64,000 nt of DNA from Eledone cirrhosa (GCA_964016885.1 OZ024740.1:240250001-240314000), one strand, 5' to 3'; shown: positions 14,949-29,153, numbered from the stretch's first letter. Notes: generated from the sequence alone by a model not told the origin. Program-made: numbers and translations.

Positions 14949-14955
<7 letters not shown>
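14767..14955. mobile_element. Minimal fold-back double-hammerhead element flanked by (TA)n
   Basis: Palindrome 14842-14955 with a 6-nt spacer. Plus HHR 14897-14945: GATTC-CTGATGA-TTTCTAAAGAAT-GAAA-CAG(TTATAGTC)CTG-TA/GAATC. Mirror core on minus. One-sided tail 14767-14841. Confidence 0.85.
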
Positions 14956-15017
<62 letters not shown>

Positions 15018-15309
15018 TAGAGTAGCTTTAATTGGCTATGTCCTTCATAAACAAATTTAGTTTCGTAATGATTTATTAAACCTGTGCTGAATTCACAAAT
15101 CATTTCACAATATTGGATTTTAGTGGGTGATACTTAGTTAATAAGAAATCAATTTCTTACTGTAAAACTCCGAGAAAAATCAATAGGTTTTTTATCCACT
15201 TCATCGCAGTTTCGTAGAATAATTTATTGCCGACTTCTTCGTAACATTCTCCCAATAGATTCACCAAATCAATTTCTTTGTGTATATATACATAAGTGCG
15301 TGTATGTTC

Positions 15310-15361
<52 letters not shown>

Positions 15362-15471
15362 TGTATAAACATGTGTATATACCTGTATATATATATATAT
15401 ATATGCAAGTATAAACATGTATATATATATGTATGTATATATATATATGTGTGTGTGTATAAATATGTATA

Positions 15472-15550
<79 letters not shown>

Positions 15551-15741
15551 ATAAATATATATATTTATACACACATATATATATATATACATATATATGC
15601 ATGTTTATACTTGCATATATTTATACACAAACATATATATATATATATACACGTATATACACATGTTTATACATGCATATATATATAGAGAGATAACTAG
15701 ATAGATATAGATATACACACACATATATATATATATATATA

Positions 15742-15793
<52 letters not shown>

Positions 15794-15944
15794 GTGTAAA
15801 ATGATAAGAAGAAAAACAAATTAGAAAGGTTTGAAAGAAAAAATGAAAGAAAAAGAAATCATTTATTGTTTGCAGATTTTATGAAATCTAGCACAATTCG
15901 GCAGCCTTAATATTTGCTAATATTTTTTCAGTTCTGATAATTAA

Positions 15945-16127
15945 TTGTTTCTACTTTAGGCACAAGGCCAGCAATTACCAGTGCATTACTGGTACTTTAT
16001 TTTATCGACCCCGTAAGGATGAAAGGCAAAGTCAACCTCGGCGGGATTTGAACTCAGACCGTAAAGGGACGTAACTATGCTGGAAAGCATGGCGTCCGAC
16101 CCTCTACCGATACTGCCAATCCACCGT
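15945..16127 (-). mobile_element. SINE copy
   Basis: Reverse complement of the dominant SINE. Confidence 0.9.
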
Positions 16128-16480
16128 AATTAATGGCATATGGTAAGAGCCCACGAATCACTGAGAAAATGAAAAAAAGAACCAACAAAATAGATATCGT
16201 TTGAAAAAATATAAACTAATTAACAACAAAAATTACGAAAGAATTATTGTTTTTTATTAAAAGAGAAACACCTGTGATAGAAAACAGTGCAATTCTCAAA
16301 AATCACATTGATACCATCAAAGTGTTTACTTCCTCTTTAGCTAACATCATTATTATCATCACGAACAACAATTAGAACTATTAAAATAAACAATGACATC
16401 GAGCGAACCAAACCAGTCACTAAAAATACTTGTTGAATTTAGCAGATCGAGCAACCACACAGAGGCGTTTTATTGTCATA

Positions 16481-16712
16481 TAAGGGCGGTGAGTTGGCAG
16501 AATCGGTAGAGCGTCAGACACCATACCTTCAAGTATAGAGTTATGGTCCTTTACGGTCTGAGTTCAAATCCCGCGGAGGTTAGCTTTGCCTTTCATCATT
16601 ACGTGGTCGATCGATAAAATAAAGAACCAGTCAAGCACTGGGGGCCATTTAATCAACTTTCCCCAAAAAAAGAATTACTGGTCATGTGTCTAAATCAGAA
16701 ACAATTATTATA
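16481..16712 (+). mobile_element. SINE copy
   Basis: Full-length dominant SINE with A and B boxes. Confidence 0.9.
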
Positions 16713-16949
16713 TTGTCATATGTCTTGTTATATCCAAGCCTTATGCCATTTGCTATATATTTCCAAGGCAACAATTAGAAAGATATAACATTTTGTTATG
16801 ACGTGTTTTGTTTTAACGATGTAAGTTTTATGTCATTTGTATTTTTACAGACATATGTTATGATATATATAATCTGATAACCGCTGCCATGGAACTAGCT
16901 CTTGAAACGGCAAGAGCTCAGCCGTCGGGCCCCAACTTTTTGTAATATA

Positions 16950-17000
<51 letters not shown>

Positions 17001-17001
<1 letters not shown>

Positions 17002-17434
17002 GCAAAAGTTCTATTTAAATTGTTGGGATACAACAAGCAAATATTTTTATAACTGATATAAAGCACTCAACAAGTATTTGGAGTAAACATACGATATTAA
17101 CAAATGGAAACTATATTTATAAAACCATATTTATTTCATTATACATATTTCAAGGACACCAAGTTAAATTATGGTGTGCTTTCATCAGACAAAATATAAT
17201 ATAGATCAGTTTTATAAATAAATATTGACATACCCTTAGAAAATGCAACCATTACGGGAGCTTCCAACAGTAATAGTTGCATTTTCTAAGGGTATGTCAA
17301 TATTTATTTATAAAACTGATCTATATTATATTTTGTCTGATGAAAGCACACCATAATTTAACTTGGTGTCCTTGAAATATGTATAATGAAATAAATATGG
17401 TTTTATAAATATAGTTTCCATTTGTTAATATCGT
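17001..17434. mobile_element. Fold-back double-hammerhead element flanked by (TA)n
   Basis: Arms ~17091-17255 and 17270-17434 are near-perfect reverse complements. HHR plus 17329-17393 (CTGATGA..GAAA-TATGTA-TA) and minus 17132-17196. ~90-bp one-sided tail 17001-17090. Confidence 0.9.
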
Positions 17435-17557
17435 ATATATATATATATATATACAAAGAGAGAGAAAGAGAGTCTGCGCTTCACGTCGAGGTCGGGATTT
17501 TACATATATCTCACTCTTTCTACCTATATATATATATATATATATATATATACTGTG

Positions 17558-17590
<33 letters not shown>

Positions 17591-17618
17591 ATGTGTGTAT
17601 GTGTGTGTGTGTGTGTGT

Positions 17619-17749
<131 letters not shown>

Positions 17750-18097
17750 GTTTTGTTCTAATGCTATAAATGTTACTCGATATGTATTAGTACAAGGTTG
17801 CTTATATAATCCTATATCGTTGCAAATGTATCTCATTTGTAACGTCATATCGTTGTGTTATGTGTCCATCTGTATTCTTGTCATTTCTATAGTATATTGA
17901 TGAAAAGATTGATGGGTGAACGGTCCTTTCTTGACCCTTTCATATAATGGTTCCTTGAAAAAGAGAGGATGAGAGAAATGTACCCCAATAATTGGCTGAA
18001 ACTTTATTTTATAGACCACCAAGGAATTAATGGCTAGGTTGAATTTTAACTCAGCGAGCTCACAAGTTATTCTATCCGACACTCTAACGACCCTATA

Positions 18098-18226
<129 letters not shown>

Positions 18227-18456
18227 GAAAATGGAACGGGAACAAAACAGAGAGGCAGTACGAACAAAGGTTTATTGGTTTCACGTTCTTGAGAGTGTGT
18301 GGTGGTGGATGGGTGTGCGTGTGTGTGTATGTATATATATTTGTATGTACTGTATATGTATATATATATATATGTATATGTATATATATATATATGTATG
18401 TATGTGTATATATATATGTATGTATGTGTATATATACATATATATATGTATTTATA

Positions 18457-18508
<52 letters not shown>

Positions 18509-18509
<1 letters not shown>

Positions 18510-19117
18510 CAGGTCACCAGTTGGTGCTACTGGTAACATGTATCCCAGTACAACCTGTCCCATGGTCGGGTCGTTGGCGACTAAACTGGCAACCCCACCA
18601 AGGTTTCTTGGTGAGGAGGGTGACTTTGGAAATCCTGCAGGACTAAAAACAAAACCTGTCAAAGGGCAAAGAAGCTCTTAAGAGTCAATGACCATTCAAA
18701 ATCACCGGGAGAGATGACCCCTTAGCCTTTGTCAAGGCAGAATTCTAGGAGAAGGAAAACTCTGATATAACACCTGCAACCTTGATGGTATCCAATGATG
18801 TTGACTTGTTCTTCTTTTTGGTAAATATCATCTTGGTTAAGAGAGTGGGACTCGCTTTGTGCAGTGCCTTTGCTCACTATAAAAGCTTCACGGCACAGGC
18901 ATTGCTTTATATCTGGAGATCTCTCTGCACTTGTAATCACATGGTACCATGGGCCCAGCAGTATGTGTCAATAATTGTCACAAGTGTAGTGTTTGTACCA
19001 GAGTTTTCAAGTCGCTGGCTGGACTAAAAAGTCACACTTGTTCAGCGCATCGGTGGGGGTTCTCCTACATGAATATAAAGTAGTGGCCGTACTCGAAAAC
19101 GAGTTGGCAGCCACCAT
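18509..19117 (+). mobile_element. ~607-bp non-coding retroelement (RTE-5'UTR-like head, microsatellite tail)
   Basis: Six copies in the window, all embedded in microsatellites, none with an ORF. Contains CTAGGAGAAGGAAAACTCTGA, which I recall from RTE-type 5' UTRs. Most copies have an (ATGT)n tail. Confidence 0.7.
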
Positions 19118-19140
19118 AAATATATGTATATATATATATA

Positions 19141-19445
19141 AGTAGAAGGGGTATTTAATTTGTTGGAAGTCCGACAAATATAAATGTGTATAACTGATTT
19201 AGAGCACTCAACAAGTGCTGGCGTAAATATTCAATGATATTAAATAAATGGAAACTATATTTATAAAACCACTATCCGGTGAATTTCCAACCGATAAGGT
19301 ATGATTTTCATGGGTATGTCTCTATTTATAAAACAAACTTTGTATTTTATCTGATGAAAGCGTACCAATGTGTCTTGGTACCTTGAAGTATATATAATAA
19401 AATACATATGGTTTTATAAATATAGTTTCCATGTATTTAATATCA

Positions 19446-19447
<2 letters not shown>
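19141..19447. mobile_element. Older fold-back hammerhead element of the 17001/53336 family
   Basis: HHR plus 19341-19406: TGTATTTTAT-CTGATGA-AAGCGTACCAA..TTGGTACCTT-GAAG-TATATA-TA/ATAAAATACA. Short inverted arm 19236-19271. Confidence 0.75.
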
Positions 19448-19777
<330 letters not shown>

Positions 19778-20329
19778 TTGTAAAACATCGAATGAATCAG
19801 CCTAAGAAAATGGTCCGCATTGAGAAATGTCGTCCTTTCTAGATACAATCTGTCTAAAAACCACAGAAATATGGGCTGGTCACGGCTGGAGTTCCTTTTA
19901 ATTATATTAATGTTCGATCAAATCTGACCTGAAGATAAATAGCAATAACAACGACAACATTAATGTCGTTATGAACATATATAAAAAAAAATTTGAACAA
20001 CAGAAATATTGAAAACATTAGTAATAATAGCAAGATAAGAACTAAATTATGATACTGGTAACGTGAGATACTTTTAGTTAAGTAACAGACTGGCACAAAA
20101 CTAGACATTTGTAGCATCACTTCAACTCATGTATTTATCTTCGAAAGCCTTTTGACATTTCTGTTCCATTTAAAAAGTATCTGGTAGCACAAGCAAGTGT
20201 CAAACTACAACAACAAGTCAAAGCAAGCTATGTTTTGTTTCTCACATTTCTTAAAGTATCGATTTATCGATTTTTCGAATGATATTTACAATGGAAATAC
20301 TAATGACAATATCAATAATAATAATGATT

Positions 20330-21570
20330 TCTACTATAGCCAACAATTTGAGGGGAGGGGAAAGTCGATGAAATCGACCCCAGTGCATTACTGGTGCTTT
20401 ATTTTATCGACCTCGTAAGGATGAAAGGCGAACCTAACCTCGGCGGGATTTGAAGTCAGGACATAAAAGGCTGTAACGTCATGCTGCAAAGCATGGCGTC
20501 CGACCCTCTACCGATACTGACAATCCACCGCCCTTAATAATTGTTTCTACGTTTGGCACAAGGCCAGCAATTACCCAGTGCATTACTGGTACTTTATTTT
20601 ATCGACCCCGTAAGGATGAAAGGCAAAGTTAACCGCCCTTAATAATAATAATGGTTTCTTATATAGGCCCAAGGTCAGCAATTTTGGGGGGAGGGGAAAG
20701 TCGATTAAATCGACCCCAGTGCGTGACTGGTACATTATTTTGTCGACCCATTAAGGATGAAAGGCAAAGTTAACCTCGGCGGGATTTGAAGTCTGGCTAT
20801 AAAGGACCGTAACTCTATGCTACAAAGCATGACGTCCGATCCTCTACCGATACTGCCAATCCACCGCCCTTAAATAATGATTTATTGTAAAGGCACAAGG
20901 ACAGTAATTCGTGATTAGGGGAAAGTCGATTAAATCGACCCCGTAAGGATGAAACGCAAAGTTAACCTCGGCGGGATTTGAACTCAGACCGTAAAGAACC
21001 GCACCTCTATGCTGCAAAACATGGCGTCTGACTCTCTACCAGTACTGCCAATCCAAATAATCATTGTTTCTATTTTTGGCACAAGGCCAGCAATTATCCA
21101 AGACAATTACTGGTACTTTATTTTATCGACTCCGTAAGGATGAAAGGAAAAGTTAACATCGGTGGGATTTGAACTCAGATCGTAAAGGCTCGTAACTCTC
21201 CATGTTGCAAAGCATGGCGTCCGGCCCTCAAATAATAATTGTTTCTACTTTTGGTACAAGGCCAGTAATTATCTCAGTGCATTACTGGTATTTTATTTTA
21301 TCGACCCCGTAAGGATGACAGGCAAAGTTAACCTCGGCAGGATTTGAACTCAGACTATAAAGGGGCGTGCTGCAAAGCATGGCGTCCGACCTTCTACCGA
21401 TACTGCCAATCCCCCTCAAATAACAATAGTTGTTTTTAATATAAGCAAAAGAACAGAAATGTTATCGACTTCGGAAGGATGAAAGACAATGTTGACCTCG
21501 GCAGGATTTGAATTCAGAACTTAAAGAACCGTAACTGCAAGTTGTTTTCTCCGATGTTCCAACAATTCTA
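20330..21570 (-). mobile_element. Head-to-tail cluster of about 7 SINE copies
   Basis: Repeated reverse-complement SINE units separated by (AAT)n tails. Confidence 0.9.
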
Positions 21571-22724
21571 CTAATCACGTCTAAAATTACTTGAGAAAAA
21601 TAAGATGACATCCGAAGCATGAAGTATTTTTAAAGTTGAAGGTCGTGATTCATGTCACAAGATACCTCCAGAACGTCATTCCACGAATTTATTCGGCTTG
21701 CTTGATACTAACAATATTTGATATGGCACGAAACCGAAGACATAATCGAATCTTTTTATGTAATGGAAAATGTTCAGCTTTCAACAAGCTTAAATATCGA
21801 AAGAAATCGAAAACGTAGTCTAAATATTTAATATAATGAATCAATGTTTTTCATCAAAATATAAATATGAGTATTTATAAAACATGGAATTTCTAGATGC
21901 CAATAGGAAAATATAATTGTAGCTCATCTTATTGTTTCAGTGAATTGAATAATTGGTAAAAACGAAATCCGTCTTGTGTATCAATGAAATCATTTAAATA
22001 ACGACATATTCTGTGTTCACTTCTTGTTTAGTTTCTTTTACCCCTTATAGAGCATTAGGCGACGTGAGATCTCCATTTCGCACGGTTGCAACCGGTAGGC
22101 CTGCTCAGAAGTCAGGTACCTCTTAGTCGTTTTGTGGAAATTTTGATTATTGGAGGTTAGGTTGCTAGCCTCACGCTCTATCTCTGCTCCCTTTTCAACA
22201 CATGCCGAAAACTAACCTGGCGTTTCGAAATCAAGGCAGGGAGCCGGTAACCCTGGAAAGGGGCCATTTCAGGTATTTTCGCTTGACCCAGCTGAGTCTA
22301 GGACACAAGTCACTTCATTAAAAAGAAAATAAGTAAGACTAGTTTTTTAATGTAAGGCTATTTCGGCTGTTTGTCTACGTTAATGGTATTTGAATTGGTT
22401 TTGTTTTTAATATGCAAATTAGTCAGATGAAAAAGACTGGTTGTAGTCGATATCTAACTGGAAAATCTTTTATTCAATGTCTGCAAGAAAACCAGGGGTC
22501 GGGAGGGAGCGAATGTCCTAGAATAAAATGTAAATATTTAAAAGTAATTTCGCCAATTTCTTCGATTCTCGTTCACATTTCCGAATTATGTAAATTCAAT
22601 CTTTTTTTTAATTTAGAAAAGACACGTTGGACAATAGCGTACTTTATAGACAAACAATCGAAATATATTTATGTATTACATATAGGAGAAAACCGCTCGG
22701 TTGGGGATGTTTCTCCTAGGAAAT

Positions 22725-23045
22725 GATGGTTTCTGATTTTGGCACAAGACCAACAACTTTGGGGGAGGGAGAGGAAAGTCGATTAAACTCAACCCTAGTG
22801 CGTTACTAATATTTTAACTTTGCCTTTCATCCTTACGGGGTCGATAAAATAAAGTACCAGTAATGCACTGGGATAATTGCTGGCCTTGTGACAAAAGTAA
22901 AAACAATTATTTTATCGAACCCGTAAAGATGAAAGGCAAAGCTAACCTCGGTGGGATTTGAACACAGAACGTAGAAAATCGTAACTAAATATCACAAAGC
23001 ATTTTGTCCGACGCTCTACCGATACTGCCAAACCACCACCCTAAG
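22725..23045. mobile_element. Minus-strand SINE with an opposite-orientation SINE fragment nested inside
   Basis: Plus-strand core at ~22815-22910 interrupts a minus-strand copy. Confidence 0.75.
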
Positions 23046-23220
23046 AAATGATAATATTAACCATATCTGGAAAGTGACGACATGATTGAGATAAAAATAT
23101 ATGCTACAAAGAAATCACGTTTTAATGAAATATTCATATAACGAATATTTCACGACGGATGTAGACACTGCTGGTAAGAAAAAACCTTTATATGACGAAC
23201 TAATTGGGAAGTCTCTGTGC

Positions 23221-23370
23221 CAGGCATGCATTGACAACCTTTTTCGAGCAGTGGGCCGTATAGGACATGTCTCATCCTATGGCGGGCCGCACCACTAAAA
23301 ATGTCAAGGCAGTTTTGAAATTAGTCATGCCATTCAGAAAGCCAATCTGGCCGCAGTTTACCCATGACTG
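23221..23370. mobile_element. hAT-type MITE
   Basis: Ends CAGGCATG...CATGACTG; 8-bp TSD CTCTGTGC/CTCTATGC. Confidence 0.7.
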
Positions 23371-23677
23371 CTCTATGCAGTCACTCGAGTGGCGAGAAAT
23401 AACAGCCAAATTCCGTCAAATTATATCCTAACGACTTAGAATTAGAAAATGTAGTCGTAGATATACAAATACATGGGATGGTTACGGCCTTTTATCATGG
23501 GTCTGCTCAGCCTGGGTTGACAATTTCTATAGAAGGAAATGTGTTATCCATGTTTTCTCAAATTTGTTATGCGTATATATGCATGTAAGTATGTATAAAT
23601 ATGTATGCATGTGTTTGTGTGTATGTGAGTGTGTTTTTGTGTATGCTATGCATATGTGTGTATGTTTGTGTGTTTCT

Positions 23678-23728
<51 letters not shown>

Positions 23729-23869
23729 CAAGTTATCATCTGCTCCCACCCCGTTGATTGTCATAGATTACTATCCTGGTCTCTCATGTGCTGTCCCCAT
23801 GAACTCCCCTGTATTTTAAGCCTGTTCAGTTTTTGACATTAAACATACATGTAATTTTTGTTTTGTTTT

Positions 23870-24900
23870 TTCTCTTCCTCTCTTTTTATTAATTTTGAGT
23901 TTCTTATCAATAGCGCCATATGAATCTTTCTTTTTCTAATTAAATGGCCAAAATATTTTAGATTTATTTCTTTGATGGTGTTTAATAAATGAGTGTTTTG
24001 CTAATCTTATTAGTTCATAATTAGTTTTGTGTTCTGTCCATTATATTCTCAGAAGTCTTCCGTAGGCTCACATCTCAAAGGCTTGCAATATATTTGATGA
24101 TAGTTTCGTTAATGTCCATGTTTCAACTCCATATAGTAGAGTGAACTGTACACAACAGTTTAATAATCTATTTTATGGTCCTTATGTTAATGTTTATCGG
24201 TGTTAGTATATTTGATATATTTTCTAATAACTATCTAGCTATTTCAAACCTGCTTTTGATTGCTGCTTCACATTCTCCATTTTCTGATTGCATACATCCC
24301 AATTATATTACCTTTGGTGCCTGTTCAATTGGCTTTCCTTCAATTGTTATATTTATTTTTGGTGACGGATGTTGCTTGCTAATTAACATTAATTTTCTTT
24401 TCTTTATATTCACGTCTATTTAGGTCATCTGTGTTGAAGATTAATAAAGTAGTGAGATCAGCTACAGCTGTTGATATATTCTATTGACACTCCTGACATG
24501 TCGTCTACTTCAATGAAGGCTTTATCGGTATATAGGCTAGAGGATAGTACACAGCCTTGTCTGACTCCTTTCTAAATTTCCTCTATTCAGTTTTTATCAC
24601 TGCTTTTTGTTCCCATTACATTTTTGTTATTTTCGAAGTTCCTCATCACATATCCCCAGTCCTGATAGACATGCATTACTTTGTCAAATGAATCAATGTA
24701 GTCTATAAAAGATATACATCTTGACTTATGTCTAGAGCTCATTCTCATAACATTAAACATTTGCTTAAAAATTACCATTCATTATTCCAAACGACTTTGT
24801 AGTTGACCCATTTCTTCATATTTTCTGACTAATTCTTTGTTGGATAATTTTTAGTAATAGTCTAGTGACATAACTCATTAGTATTTTGCTTCTAAGCTCT
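23870..24900 (-). mobile_element. Decayed RTE-clade LINE RT
   Basis: Minus strand near 24540-24570 encodes GVRQGCVLS; a LLYGVETWT-like motif lies near 24115-24145. Confidence 0.75.
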
Positions 24901-25004
24901 TAAACATACTTAAGCTTGTGGTTTCGTTCGATATGTGTCCATTGACATATTTTACATTACATGTCTGTTAATAGATTTAAATTATGGCAGTCTAATACAT
25001 ACAA

Positions 25005-25935
25005 GCTTCAGCAATGTGGAAGACATCCATGTACATAATATGAAAGAGTACTGGTGGAATATTGCAGTAAAAACCCCAATAAAATACAGGCATAACAGAC
25101 CAGATATTATGATATGGGACAGGGAGAAGAAAGCATGCACAGTAGTGGAAATTAGCTGCCCAGCAGATGCCAATATAATATCAAAGATTAGTGAAAAGGA
25201 GAATATTTATGCAGAACTGATGAGAAATCTGCAGATACTCCACCCTGATTACACCTTCAGATTTATGCCTGTGATTATTGGGGCACTGGGGTATGTTAGT
25301 AACTGCCTCAATACAAATTTTGAGAAGCTAGGCTTCACAGGAACAGAAAGAACACAACTAGTTAGGAAATTACAAGTACAATCCATTAATGGAACAGTAA
25401 AAATATGTAAAACATTCCAAACATTTTGCATCTAATAACTACATATACACATGTACAGATACAAAGCATATACACATGCACACGTATAACTCAAAACATA
25501 CACATCCACACATACAATAACATCCATATCTACACATCCATGCATACATAATCTATCTAGTTGATGTGTAAATTCCAATGAGAGATTCTTGTGTCTATGT
25601 TAGAAACCGACTCTCTCTCTCTTGGTAAAAATTTGGGAAATTATAAAACCAGAAGAACATACATACATACATACATACATACATACATACATACATACAT
25701 ACATACATACATACATACATACATACATACATGTACAGATACAAAACACCTGCACTCATATAACTCAAAACATACACATCTACACATACAACAACATCCA
25801 TACCTGCACACAGACGAACGCATGCAGACATGCATACATATCTACCTAGTTGATGTTGTTTAAATACCAATGAGAGAGTCTTGTATCTAGGTATCTTGTA
25901 TCTTGTAAACGTTTATAAAATTATAAAACCAGAAC
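25005..25935 (+). mobile_element. R4/Dong-like LINE 3' end (RLE domain) with duplicated 3' UTR and (ACAT)n tails
   Basis: EYWWNIAVKT..HNRPDIMIWD..VVEISCP..PVIIGALG. The 3' UTR (25437-25660) is repeated at 25730-25935. Confidence 0.85.
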
Positions 25936-26506
25936 ATACATACATACATAAATAAATACATAGATACATACATAAATAAATACAAACATACATACATACA
26001 TAAATAAATACATACATAAATACATAAATACATACATACATAAATACATACATACATAAATACATACATACATAAATACATACATACATACATACATACT
26101 TACATACATAAATAAATACATACATACATAAATAAATACATACATACATAAATACATACATACATACATAAATACATACATACATAAATACATACATACA
26201 TACATAAATACATACATAAATACATACATACATACATACATGCGATAGCTGGCACCTTCAAAATTTGCAAAACATTCTTGCGATTCAAGGGATGACAATT
26301 TCTTTTCTTTTACAACCTTGCCACCAGGAAGGTGGCCGGTCAAAAAAATATACTCGAAATTAAGAGAAAGAGAAAACATACATAAATACATACATAAATA
26401 CATACATACATACATAAATACATACATACATAAATACATACATACATAAATACATACATACATACATAAATACATACATACATACATAAATACATACATC
26501 ATACAT

Positions 26507-29153
26507 GGTGGCTGCCAACTCGTTTTCGAATACGGCCACTACTTTATATCCATGTAGGAGAACCCCTATCGATGCGCTGAATGAGTGTGACTATTTAGTC
26601 CAGCCAGCGACTTGAAAACTCTGGTACAAACACTACACTTGTGACAATTACTGACACATAGTGCTGGGCCCATGGTAGCATGTGACGACAAGTGCAGAGA
26701 GATCTCCAGATATAAAGCAATGCCTGTGCCGCGAAGCTTTTATAGTGAGCAAAGGCACTGCACAAAACCAGTCCCACTCTCTTAACCAAGATGATATTTA
26801 CCAAAAAGAAGAACAAATCAACATCATTGGATACCATCAGGGTTGCAGGTGTTATATCAGAGTTTTCCTTCTCCTAGAATTCTGCCTTGACAAAGGCTAA
26901 GGGGTCATCTCTCCCGGTGATTTTGGATGGCCATTGACTCTTAAGAGTTCCTTTTCCCTTTGACAGGTTTTGTTTTTAGTCCTGCAGGATGTCCAAAGTC
27001 ACCCTCCTCACCAAGAAACCTTGGTGGGGTTGCCAGTTTAGTCGCCAACGATCCGACCATGACACAGGTTGTACTGGGATACATGTTACCAGTAGCACCA
27101 ACTGGTGACCTGACATACATACATACACATACATACATACATACATACATACATACATACATACATACATACATACATACATACATACATGGTGGCTGCC
27201 AACTCGTTTTCGAGTACGGCCACTACTTTATATCCATGTAGGAGAACCCCTACCGATGCGCTGAACGAGTGTGACTTTTTAGTCCAGCCAGCGACTTGAA
27301 AACTCTGGTACAAACACCACACTTGTGACAATTATTGACACATAGTGCAGGGCCCATGGTACCATGTGACAACAAGTGCAGAGAGATCTCCGGATATAAA
27401 GCAATGCCTGTGCCGTGAAGCTTTTATAGTGAGCAAAGGCACTGCACAGAGCCAATCCCACTCTCTTAACCAAAATGATATTTACCAAAAAGAAGAACAA
27501 GTCAACATCATTGGATACCATCAGAGTTACAGGTGTTATATCAGAGTTTTCCTTCTCCTAGAATTCTGCCTTGACAAAGGCTAAGGGGTCATCTCTCCCG
27601 GTGATTTTGGATGGCCATTGACTCTTAAGAGTTCCTTTTCCCTTTGACAGGTTTTGTTTTTAGTCCTGCAGGATGTCCAAAGTCACCCTCCTCACCAAGA
27701 AACCTTGGTGGGGTTGCCAGTTTAGTCGCCAACGATCCGACCATGACACAGGTTGTACTGGGATACATGTTACCAGTAGCACCAACTGGTGACCTGACAT
27801 ACATACATACACATACATACATACATACATACATACATACATACATACATACATACATACATACATACATACATGGTGGCTGCCAACTCGTTTTCGAGTA
27901 CGGCCACTACTTTATATCCATGTAGGAGAACCCCTACCGATGCGCTGAACGAGTGTGACTTTTTAGTCCAGCCAGCGACTTGAAAACTCTGGTACAAACA
28001 CCACACTTGTGACAATTATTGACACATAGTGCAGGGCCCATGGTACCATGTGACAACAAGTGCAGAGAGATCTCCGGATATAAAGCAATGCCTGTGCCGT
28101 GAAGCTTTTATAGTGAGCAAAGGCACTGCACAGAGCCAATCCCACTCTCTTAACCAAAATGATATTTACCAAAAAGAAGAACAAGTCAACATCATTGGAT
28201 ACCATCAGAGTTACAGGTGTTATATCAGAGTTTTCCTTCTCCTAGAATTCTGCCTTGACAAAGGCTAAGGGGTCATCTCTCCCGGTGATTTTGGATGGCC
28301 ATTGACTCTTAAGAGTTCCTTTTCCCTTTGACAGGTTTTGTTTTTAGTCCTGCAGGATGTCCAAAGTCACCCTCCTCACCAAGAAACCTTGGTGGGGTTG
28401 CCAGTTTAGTCGCCAACGATCCGACCATGACACAGGTTGTACTGGGATACATGTTACCAGTAGCACCAACTGGTGACCTGACATACATACATACACATAC
28501 ATACATACATACATACATACATACATACATACATACATACATACATGGTGGCTGCCAACTCGTTTTCGAGTACGGCCACTACTTTATATCCATGTAGGAG
28601 AACCCCTACCGATGCGCTGAACGAGTGTGACTTTTTAGTCCAGCCAGCGACTTGAAAACTCTGGTACAAACACCACACTTGTGACAATTATTGACACATA
28701 GTGCAGGGCCCATGGTACCATGTGACAACAAGTGCAGAGAGATCTCCGGATATAAAGCAATGCCTGTGCCGTGAAGCTTTTATAGTGAGCAAAGGCACTG
28801 CACAGAGCCAATCCCACTCTCTTAACCAAAATGATATTTACCAAAAAGAAGAACAAGTCAACATCATTGGATACCATCAGAGTTACAGGTGTTATATCAG
28901 AGTTTTCCTTCTCCTAGAATTCTGCCTTGACAAAGGCTAAGGGGTCATCTCTCCCGGTGATTTTGGATGGCCATTGACTCTTAAGAGCTCCTTTGCCCTT
29001 TGACAGGTTTTGTTTTTAGTCCTGCAGGATGTCCAAAGTCACCCTCCTCACCAAGAAACCTTGGTGGGGTTGCCAGTTTAGTCGCCAACAACCCGACCAT
29101 GGGACAGGTTGTACTGGGATACATGTTACCAGTAGCACCAACTGGTGACCTGA
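26507..29153 (-). repeat. Tandem array of four ~607-bp retroelement copies with (ACAT)n spacers
   Basis: Copies start at 26507, 27191, 27875 and 28547 (periods 684, 684, 672). Reverse complement of 18509-19117. Confidence 0.95.

Noticed and set aside
26595-28940. Repeated ~80-aa ORFs in the tandem array
   Set aside because: No recognisable domain, ORFs overlap in several frames, and indels break them in the 56380 copy.
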